Source: Chlamydiota bacterium (GTDB taxonomy: Bacteria > Auribacterota > JACPWU01). From it: DNA of 17,929 nucleotides. The stretch covers positions 1 through 17,929 of the forward strand of contig JACPWU010000065.1 in NCBI GenBank assembly GCA_016196885.1. Direction: 5' to 3'. Both the position numbers and the translations under genes were made by a program. Below, in pieces: positions 12,001-17,929 of the stretch. Within the stretch, counting starts at the first letter, position 1. Each line of letters begins with the position of its first letter. The notes beneath the pieces are model-generated. The model was not told where the DNA came from. It was given only the letters and a program-made list of their open reading frames with translations, and did not search any database.

Positions 12001-15000
12001 ATCCATAGGACCCTGTTTTAGGCCTCTTTCACCGACCAGTTCCGTGCTGCTTGTAAAAGAAGTGCCATCAAAGACCGCGATTTCCATCCCTGTGACACGA
12101 CCTAATTCTTTGACGAGATCGAGGGGGTCGCTCCCTTGTTCGGCAATGAGTAGGCTGTGAATGGGCTGTGTGTCGCTTTGCTGGCCTGTGCTTCTGGCCA
12201 AGGCCTTCAAGGCCCCCATTTGGCTTTTCACCGGCACAAAATAAGGGGCGTCTTCTCTCTCTTGAACTGAAGAAACATATTTGGGTAATCGGACATTTCC
12301 AATATCCACATGGGTTCCACCGTCTATGATTTTTGTATCATTCTGCCACTCCTGAATATAATTTTTAAATCCCGGGAAAAACTTTTCTACAATTTCTATG
12401 GCGCCTTTTGCGTCCTCTTCATTGAATTGATAAATGTAATTGAGCAATATGCCTTCATAGAGATTCCCGCCCTGCTCGATCAAGCTCGCGATGCGAATAA
12501 GTTCTCGGGGACTGACCCCATATTGATAAGTGTAAAGCTCGTTAAACTCGCTTAATTTAAATTGTTTGACCTCGTCTAATAGAGGCCCTCGATAGGTTTT
12601 ACGGAAGGTCTCGTCCATAATCCATTTCATGGCGATGTGAAGATTAATGAGCGGATTTATTTGGGGCTCGAGCGATCGGGTTCCTTCCCCTGAATAATAC
12701 CGGATCAGCCGTTCATAACTTGCTTGGCTCCATTGATCGGTGATCCAGATTTTTTTTGCGTTCTGTTCGAGGCTTAAGGGCAGTTCTTGACGACTTTGGG
12801 TGATGTCTGACGGGTTATAGGTTGCTATAACTTTGAATAGGGGATGGATTTTAACGGTGCGTTGTATGGGGATCCCTTGATGATAGAGCCCTAGATCAAG
12901 CGTTTCACTCCGTATAATTTGCATGAGAAAGCCCATGAGCTGTATCGCCTGATGGGAGATATTCCCTTCATCCAGACAGAAGACGCCTCCCTTTTCTATA
13001 TAATCTAAAAATTCTGTGAGAAATTTATTTTGATCGTCTCTCGTTGCCGTTAGAATCCATCGCTCATTACGCTGCTCTAATTTGCCAATGAGTTCACCTA
13101 GGTCAATGTCTCGATACATCGAGAGCTTGCGGAATTTTAAATTTAGCCTTCTTGCCAGGTCTTCTGCCAATGCGGTCTTTCCTCCCCCCGGAGGGCCTTC
13201 CAGCAAAATGACATTGCGATCATTTGCGAAACCCATTAGCAGGGCCTCCATGGCGCTGATATTTTCCTGGACCTCGGCCAAGTATTTATTTTTCTGGGCT
13301 GCTTCAAGCGACTGATATTCTGTTGGATATTGCGTGCCATTTATTTTTAAATAAATCACTCCCTCATGTTCGATGTATTTTATTTCTTCAATCGCTTCCG
13401 GAATAAGGTCCTGACGGTATTCGTCTCTTAAGCCGATACCCAATGTGTTATAGGCTATTCTTTTCATTTTTTCAGCGCTTAAAGTTTCCCCCTCTGACGC
13501 CTTCTTTAATGTGTTCACATATTCTTCAAAATCACGCCAGCTAAGTCGGGTATGGCGGTAATGCCCATCCTCTATTTCTTGCCCATATCTTTCCCAAATC
13601 TTAAGGGCATATTCTATGGCGGAGTCTTGAAGGGTCCCCTCAGGTAAATGCTCCGCGATGTAGTGTCTAATCCAGGCATCACAGATTTCGCTCGTGAGAT
13701 GGACTCCCGAGTAGCGCGACAACTCTGCCGCACTCATGGGCAATTTGTCATTTAAAGAAGGCTCTCTGGGTGTGTAAATAAGTCCAACAATTCTAAAATT
13801 TTTGGGCAGTCTCAAATAGCGCCCTTCCTCCAGCAATGGATTTTCTGCATACTGCCTCGCTAAAGCGGGGGTGAGTTCAAGGCGTCCTTCTTGTAACGCA
13901 CGGTTTAAACCGACAGCCGTATCTGCATTCATTTGTTGGAGGTTGTCTATCACCAGGTATTGCGTTTGCTCGGAACTCGCTTGGGCCAGTTCGACAATTT
14001 TAAGCACCGTTCCCGCATAATTGCGAATTTCTCCCGTTTCACCTACACTCACACCCCCCGTCATTCCCTCTAGTTCTGTGAATTCACTCGCGGTGATGTA
14101 ATGCCTCTGGACCTTTTCATTTTTCTTTTCAATGTGGCGTTTCAAGAGTTCAAGCCCGTCTGCCGCGTCGCTCCCCTGAATGAGGATAGGACCCAGCCTA
14201 GCGTCTAAAATCAAATCAAACGCATTTTCGTTACTATAATTTTGCGTGTTAATTTGATGCTTCGCAAAAATAGGGCTTAGCCCTTGACGCACCTCAATTT
14301 CCATCCACATTCCCCACAATGTGATAAGCGCAGCACGTTGATAGGCCTCACCTATCGATTCTCCCTTTTCCCTTAAATGGCGAGTGAGTTTAATGGTTCG
14401 AATCGCGTCTCTTATCGTTAAGACCTGATAGAAGCTTGTAGTCTTCCCTGTCTGGAGCGCTTTTTGTAGGTCGTAATAGAGCTGGGCTAGTTTTTTGCTG
14501 AATAAAGCCCTCCTTTCATCATCAAGTTCAGGATCGTGGACTTTAAATAATTGTGCCATCAAGCGCTCAAGTTCGGACTTGATTTTGTCTTGATAGAGGG
14601 GGTCTTCCTCACCATAGTCATAACCGACCCAGAAATTTTTAGAGTTTCTGGTCAATGCTAAAGGAAGGGGGCCCCGGGCTCGAAAATCGTCGGGATTGAT
14701 ATCTGCGATGTAAAGATTATCGGGTGAAATTGTATTCGTGTAGAAAGGGTCGCCTGCGGGATCGATTTTTGCAATTTCAGGCATTTGCCGCCTCTCATCG
14801 TTTCGGGCAATAGGTGTTAACCAATAGCCCAGGGCCTGCCTTTGAACGGTGTTGAGCTCACTTGTGTGAATGACATGCCCCCCCGATCGTTCCGCCTCCA
14901 AATACGGGGTGTCATTCACAACTTGCATGCCTTCTAATCCTGGCTCTAACCCACCGCGAAATTCCTCAAGCAGGGTCTTGCGATGAGCGGTGTAACCGGT

Positions 15001-17929
15001 GACGCCATAACCCAATATTTTTCCTAACACTTGCGCAAGTTCCGTCTTTCCTTCTCCGCTAGCACCTTCAAGGACGGTGAAAAGGCTTTCCTCCCTTGAC
15101 CCGCTTCCTCTGACATAAATTTGCCTTACCCATTGCCCGATCAGTCTTTTATCCTGTTCCCTCAACACATATCCATAAAGATTTAAAATCATCTCTTCCA
15201 CCCTTTCTTGCGAATGCCCAGCAGCATACCCTAAGAACTCATTCCCAATCTTCACAGGGACTCCATCTGCAATCAGTTGACTGCCTCCTATCCTTAACTC
15301 GCTCGTTTCATAGGGATCAGGCACTTCAGAACCTGGATAGAATAAATTCTGAAACACTTCCCTGAAATTCCTTCGGTCCTTCTCAAATCTAAATCGAAGA
15401 ATCATGTAGCGATAGAGTTCTTCAGCCAAGATGGGAGATGGTTCAAGTTGCGGATTTTCTGCACAGCGGCTTTTTGCGGTGAGGGCAATGTTAATGAGGT
15501 CTTGAGGATACATTCGAAATGAGCTCTGTTGCCATTCTTGATGCTGGATCTGGGTGTAAAATTGGCTTAATTTTTTTGCGGATGTTTCCTCTAGATTTAT
15601 TTTGTTCTTTAACATAGCCTCCATGTCTTTTTCACTCAGCTCACCGGCCTTGTGTTTAATCACGCGATTTAAGAATGCCTCATCTTCTAATTTGCCCCCT
15701 TCGGCCATCGTGAAAATGATGTGTAAATTCTTCGGGATCCGGTACCTCACTCCTGTTTTGGCGATGAAAAGCTCTTTCTCCCATAAAATGGGATTAAATT
15801 CCACACGCAAAGAACCTTCAGCCGCTTCAATGTTGTCCAGGACAAGGTAAATGGGTTTCCCGCCATTAGAGTCAGCCTGAGTGATGAGTCTGGGTAGTAT
15901 TCCTTCGCAAGGCTTCATTTGTCCTGCTTCATCTGGTAAGTCCATTCCAAAAAGTTCAGCACGATCACTGTAACCCGATAATGATGCTCGGTAGGCCGTG
16001 CCCCCGCTTTCTTGGGCCAGCTCAGCCAATGCAACTTTCACACTGTCGGCACTCCCATCCGCTTCCACAACAAGACTTGCCTCGCCCATTTCGCAGGCCC
16101 TTTTAAGGCTCCAATACATCGCTTCATAAGATTCCACTTGATAAAATCGGTTGGAATCTGTTCGCTCAGCTTCAAAAGATCTCATCCAGTATTGATGCAG
16201 TCTCTCTTTTAAATTTTCACCCGATTCTCTATCGCCCAACGCAAGTTTTATAAATAAATCCCTGTGTTCTCTCATGAAACGCTCTAAAATATTCTCTAGC
16301 CAGTTCTTTTCTTCGCCAAAGAGACCGCCGTAAACCGTGTAGACCGTCATCACAAATTTGCCCATGACATCCTTGGCTGCAATCGTTTCATCCTCGCCTA
16401 CGGATAAGTCAGATAAGTAGCGATGAATGAATTCTCTGTGCAACTTGATTAGGTCTCTTACGCTGGTGATCCAGAATGGATCATCCGCATGATAAAGGGT
16501 TGCATATTCCCTTATCTCTTGATCCAGATCCATACTCATGTCAACAATCTCTCGAATATCCCTTTCTGATAAATAAGGCTCTTTCCCGTTTAATTGGTCT
16601 AATATCATTTTGACAATGCTGCTCTTATGAAAATCTTCGAAAGGGACACCTTCCATGAGAAGGCCATATTTATGCCATAAGGCATTATAGATGAGGCTTA
16701 ATCGCTCAGGATTTGTCTCTCTTTCCAGCGCTTCAAATGAAAGTTTCTTTAAGTCCAGACCCTGAATAGCACGTATCCATTGTTGAATCGTTTCATTCGC
16801 ATCTTGAGACTCTGATAGTTTATTCACCATCCAGGGGGTCAGCTGAATTTGGTTTTGGGTCAAAGCTTGAATGATGGGGTGGTCTATAAGAGATGCATAA
16901 CCATCAATCGACGATTGAATGAGAAGATCTGAAGGCTTTCCTAACGACATTATAAGGAGCCCTATTTGATGGCAGAATTGAGCAAATTTTGTCCCGCGGT
17001 TATAATCGTTTAACGACGATTTCTGAACACTCAAAAATTCTTTGATACAACTTTTAAAAGTAAGAACATATAGCTTAGCTACCTCTATATCTGTAATATA
17101 CGGACCGCTATGGATGAGGGCAGTTAATATATCCTTTACCCCGCCTCCGGCCTGCTTGATCCAAGCAGCCACATCCCCTGCCTTCTTTAACACATCTTTT
17201 GCATTGCCTTCTGTCACCTTTGGGCTTTTAAAGAGTTCCGTGATTGCGCTAAACACTGCCTCAATCTCAGGGACTCCGCCTCCTGCCCACTTGATCAACC
17301 GAGCCACATCCCCTGCCTTCTCTAACACATCTTTTGCGTTGTCTTTTGTTACCTTTGGGCTTTTAAATAGCTTGGTCACACCCGATGATATTGCATCGAA
17401 TTCTTCGTCGCTTAAATATCTATTTGAAAATCTAAATTCATTCAGCCAATGAGTTAAAATCGTTTCTTTCGTGTCCTTTCCTTTTCCTCCCACCATCCCC
17501 GCCGGGAAGCTTGTGAATCTCCGTGCGAATCTTGTGCTGTAAAGACTATGCAAAATCCCTGCCGTGAGAATTACAGTACCCATAGATACAATCGCGATCA
17601 TGACTGTCGATGGCAAGTTTAAAGATAGAAGTGTTACGGTAGAGGGCAAATCGCTAGGGATTAAAGGTGTGAATAAAGGGAGCAGCGCAGCAATCCGAAT
17701 CACCAACCCTGTCCCAGAAAGTTTTGCTAAAGCCTTCCAAAAATCTCGTCCTTTAAAATCTTTTCTTTCCTTAAACTCAAGTTGTCCATCCTTCCAAAAA
17801 TAAAGCCCTTCCCAATGAGCCAGTGGAAACAGAATACCGCTCAAGCCCAAAGCCATCACCCGTCCTAATGTCAGATCCCAACCCCAAGCCAGATGAAGCG
17901 CCCAAGCCAAACCCTCAATCAAAACTCCC
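1..17929 (-). CDS. Internal fragment of one giant ORF (5,976 complete codons, no start or stop in the window). It encodes a multi-cassette, multi-pass membrane protein containing a midasin/dynein-like hexa-AAA+ plus MIDAS/VWA unit.
   Basis: Triplet-by-triplet scan of the minus frame (codons on + coordinates 3k-2..3k) found zero stop codons over 17,928 nt. The other five frames are broken (longest ORF in the supplied track is 136 aa). In-frame motifs occur along the whole length: Walker A GPPGGGKT (13174-13197), GASGEGKT (15043-15066) and GETGGSKS (10831-10854); Walker B VFCLDE (12967-12984) and ILFIDE (10588-10605); MIDAS DGSGS (8548-8562); HELGH (9466-9480); HETAH (79-93). Confidence 0.93.
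49..921 (-). other. TM cluster (~6 predicted helices) ending in an HExxH motif, possibly a membrane-embedded zinc metalloprotease-like domain. It continues beyond the window.
   Basis: Hydrophobic segments: FITALFLAAGAAIALLAS, MIWGAVLGTFALLGIYAFW, LLMLPLFSGIALGGLMV, FPLTVLNLLFHGSSFLYAMVCSVLLMVAGVFGLV and LWAIFEVVIFSLGVSLFLVMLL. Then DEATIVHETAHILFPEADHEVIEAMGL, with HETAH at 79-93. Confidence 0.45.
960..2894 (-). other. Soluble region of about 640 aa with no motif I can assign
   Basis: Continuous in-frame translation, for example ...NDWHRRLKEFLASKGIKFDYDDLFSEF...HGFVRFYYPAAGEDLSLILVAKALGIPSQHVYVSEDADWPYG...ITHAIIYYIGDAHDTD... It has a globular-looking composition and no long hydrophobic segments. 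Confidence 0.4.
2895..3360 (-). other. Additional TM-helix cluster following module copy 3
   Basis: Hydrophobic runs: GLTLAGIGALMVGVFSISSLAPALVLPGGILAIALMPLVI and GWFAAVPFIIGALIVLVPAQTITAAIVADLALIGLFSLIAPIGIHFI. Confidence 0.6.
3478..3711 (-). other. Conserved TM module, copy 3 (first hairpin only is conserved)
   Basis: LGLTRFFYRLLDRFGVPDEKKAKWSGGEEIGFTGILMEGLAWLLHLTLGLDLMSGRAIGLALGAILFPLAHGEGLYFW. The last 74 aa (RFFYRLL...YFW) match copy 2 at 56 of 74 positions by hand alignment. Confidence 0.8.
3955..4260 (-). other. Possible GNAT-like (acyl-CoA N-acyltransferase) segment
   Basis: ...QVGWLKCWFGIDQNGLPFVGSNFIYLAPGYQSQGLQQALLKQVENVLFSMGL resembles GNAT motif A (hhV.P.yqgkGhG..Ll..h). The Q/RxxGxG/A signature is imperfect (QSQGLQ). 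Motif-level resemblance only. Confidence 0.3.
5300..7100 (-). other. Degenerate alpha-helical (HEAT/ARM-like) repeat region
   Basis: A recurring motif [LI]xxLh[ED]xG[hydrophobic]xxxxh appears every ~40-60 aa: LKLMMDKGWVSADIL, LRLLIEMGLVDEKF, LKVLALLVDTEWI, LKYLEILIRSRWI, VLKALKETGQY, IGILVEVGVWNARF, LGILIEKGALGGEVL, IRSLEVMVSKGFVTREEV, LSRLKSAGIFSLEEIL, IGGLARAGILDEAYL. Confidence 0.45.
7366..7854 (-). other. Conserved TM module, copy 2 (complete, ~4 predicted TM helices)
   Basis: LGLMPWFYRLLDRFGVPDEQKAKWSGVEEIGFTGVLIEGLAWALHLAWGWDLTLGRVMGLGLSGILFPLAHGEGFYFWENGKFEFKKRQALGRDFWKALRKLSGAGLVIRLVALLSIVAISLIWSLPVIVSSTLVILTAGILHSLYSTWFARKFEWPAGMVGA. Positions 7648-7756 match 17821-17929 at 106 of 109 nt (hand count). 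Confidence 0.8.
8040..8590 (-). other. von Willebrand factor A (VWA) domain with MIDAS motif
   Basis: ELWMGITVDGSGSITMRDN (DxSxS at 8548-8562), MQDGGGINTLHLIEGL (conserved Thr position), KVEIVFTDGGE (TDG Asp) and VNMIFVGIGTEDV. These have the order and spacing expected of a VWA Rossmann-like fold. Confidence 0.8.
8790..8964 (-). other. Acidic low-complexity stretch (about 30% D/E by hand count)
   Basis: VEMEDLDEASGRQIEQNIEIEEESGSEGHAKEIEHDKEGKATGGKPGESKGEAPSAG, located between the AAA+ region/linker and the VWA domain. Confidence 0.7.
9300..9600 (-). other. HExxH (zincin-like) motif region inside the post-ring linker
   Basis: GVFKGGDYVLAYKSALSGMNEKSAFSQVGSHELGHFIDQMRLHGEEVIKLHDNIELFSMLFPLIFGL, with HELGH at 9466-9480 and a further His 7 residues after the second His. 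Confidence 0.45.
10370..10870 (-). other. AAA+ module 6 (canonical Walker A and Walker B)
   Basis: PIVLMGETGGSKSTLVRNLG (Walker A at 10831-10854; the GETG.GK[ST] form is the midasin/RNF213-style P-loop). RKILFIDEAN (Walker B at 10588-10605), then LRPLFEGRRQFTYYLAGARFEVELDPEVILILAGNPAG. Confidence 0.85.
11690..12160 (-). other. AAA+ module 5 (degenerate P-loop)
   Basis: SLLIAEQGSDPLDLVKELG (12121-12156) sits at the P-loop position. Walker-B-like KILYLSSLELL follows, then LNDFLNTGEIRIEQKNYRLPSHIHIVASTAS...FYNRFQKIAL. Confidence 0.55.
12740..13215 (-). other. AAA+ module 4 (canonical Walker A and Walker B, likely hydrolysis-competent)
   Basis: VILLEGPPGGGKTALAEDLARRLN (Walker A at 13174-13197), GGVFCLDEGN (Walker B at 12967-12984), then IPIQRTVKIHPLFKVIATYNPSD. 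This is a typical MoxR/AAA_5 layout. Confidence 0.85.
13740..14200 (-). other. AAA+ module 3 (degenerate P-loop)
   Basis: PILIQGSDAADGLELL (14155-14187) sits where a P-loop is expected. Walker-B-like QYLVIDNLQQ (about 13939-13959) follows, then NRALQEGRLEL...RYLRLPKNFRIVGLIYTP. Confidence 0.55.
14620..15100 (-). other. AAA+ module 2 (intact Walker A, non-canonical Walker B)
   Basis: TVLEGASGEGKTELAQVLG (Walker A at 15043-15066). The Walker B position reads GHVIHTSELN. Downstream LYIADINPDDFRARGPLPLALTRN resembles the AAA_5 'atmNP...L..Al.nR' segment. Confidence 0.7.
15600..16110 (-). other. AAA+ module 1 (AAA_5/midasin-like fold signature, degenerate P-loop)
   Basis: Pseudo-P-loop LVVEADGSADSVK (EADGSADS at 16042-16065) lacks the GK[ST] residues. 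Walker-B-like IYLVLDN (LVLDN at 15832-15846) is followed by EFNPILWEKELFIAKTGVRYRIPKNLHIIFTM. That matches the AAA_5 pattern (LDEin...L..ll....l.ip..ge.i....nFrlfatmN). Confidence 0.6.
17105..17400 (-). repeat. In-frame tandem duplication, 2 copies of a 45-49-aa unit (135-147 nt period)
   Basis: Copy A: FDAISSGVTKLFKSPKVTKDNAKDVLEKAGDVARLIKWAGGGV. Copy B: FSAITELFKSPKVTEGNAKDVLKKAGDVAAWIKQAGGGV. The nucleotide core ccgcctcc...cacatcccctgccttct.taacacatcttttgc...cctttgggctttt is seen at 17141 onward and again at 17276 onward. Confidence 0.85.
17485..17929 (-). other. Conserved TM module, copy 1, N-terminally truncated by the window edge (predicted ~4 TM helices)
   Basis: Translation: GVLIEGLAWALHLAWGWDLTLGRVMALGLSGILFPLAHWEGLYFW..GRDFWKALAKLSGTGLVIRIAALLPLF..VMIAIVSMGTVILTAGILHSLYSTRFARRFTSFPAGMVGG. 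These are hydrophobic stretches separated by K/R-rich loops. The module is paralogous to 7366-7854 and 3478-3711. Confidence 0.7.

Noticed and set aside
8040-16110. A eukaryotic origin (a true midasin gene or contamination)
   Set aside because: The ORF runs 17.9 kb without an intron. The midasin-like unit is flanked in frame by multi-pass TM modules and other domains absent from MDN1/Rea1. The acidic region is far shorter than in midasin. A prokaryotic giant gene fits better, although the taxon cannot be determined from the sequence alone.
140-17803. All 30 plus-strand ORFs in the supplied track (61-136 aa)
   Set aside because: Each lies antisense to the continuous minus-strand frame. They have low-complexity, Ser/Pro/Leu/Arg-rich or otherwise unrecognisable translations and contain no motifs. 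They are the short shadow ORFs expected opposite a long coding region.
1-17929. Stop-codon reassignment (alternative genetic code) as the reason the track shows no long ORF
   Set aside because: No recoding is needed. Under the standard code the minus frame has no TAA, TAG or TGA at all. The track misses it because the ORF is open at both window edges.
3478-17929. The dispersed repeats as insertion sequences, transposon ends or other mobile elements
   Set aside because: The repeats are in frame, encode hydrophobic TM helices, and have no inverted terminal repeats or transposase-like sequence. They are paralogous coding modules.
1-17929. tRNA, rRNA, CRISPR arrays, promoters, terminators or riboswitches
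   Set aside because: I saw no short direct-repeat/spacer periodicity, no cloverleaf-like or rRNA-like segments and no intergenic space. The whole window is coding.

Overview
The whole 17,929-nt window appears to be the interior of one giant protein-coding gene on the minus strand.

**Reading frame.** I checked every plus-strand triplet starting at positions 1, 4, 7 and so on for tta, cta or tca, the reverse complements of TAA, TAG and TGA. None occurs from 17928 down to 1. That gives 5,976 consecutive sense codons, open at both window edges. The supplied ORF track does not list this frame, presumably because it has no stop inside the window. Everything the track does list (61-136 aa) is antisense or out-of-frame noise.

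**Architecture, N-terminus (high coordinates) to C-terminus (low coordinates).**
- A conserved ~4-TM module, copy 1, cut by the window edge.
- A two-copy tandem repeat of 45-49 aa, then a helical region.
- Six concatenated AAA+ (AAA_5/MoxR/midasin-like) modules that alternate between a degenerate and an intact P-loop.
- A helical linker carrying an HELGH motif.
- A short D/E-rich stretch.
- A VWA domain with a DxSxS MIDAS motif.
- TM module copy 2.
- About 600 aa of HEAT/ARM-like helical repeats, an unassigned region, and a possible GNAT-like segment.
- TM module copy 3 plus further TM helices.
- An orphan soluble region of about 640 aa.
- A final TM cluster ending in an HETAH motif at the window edge.

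**Interpretation.** The protein looks like a membrane-anchored chain of cassettes. Its largest cassette has the domain order of eukaryotic midasin (Rea1/MDN1): a hexa-AAA ring, a linker, an acidic region and a MIDAS domain.

**Not found.** I saw no rRNA, tRNA, CRISPR array, IS element, promoter or terminator, and the window has no intergenic DNA.

**Limits.** All translation and motif calls were done by hand, with no database search. Domain borders are approximate (about +/-30-60 nt). The taxon is unknown. The size and lack of introns fit a bacterium with giant genes, but I cannot place it further.
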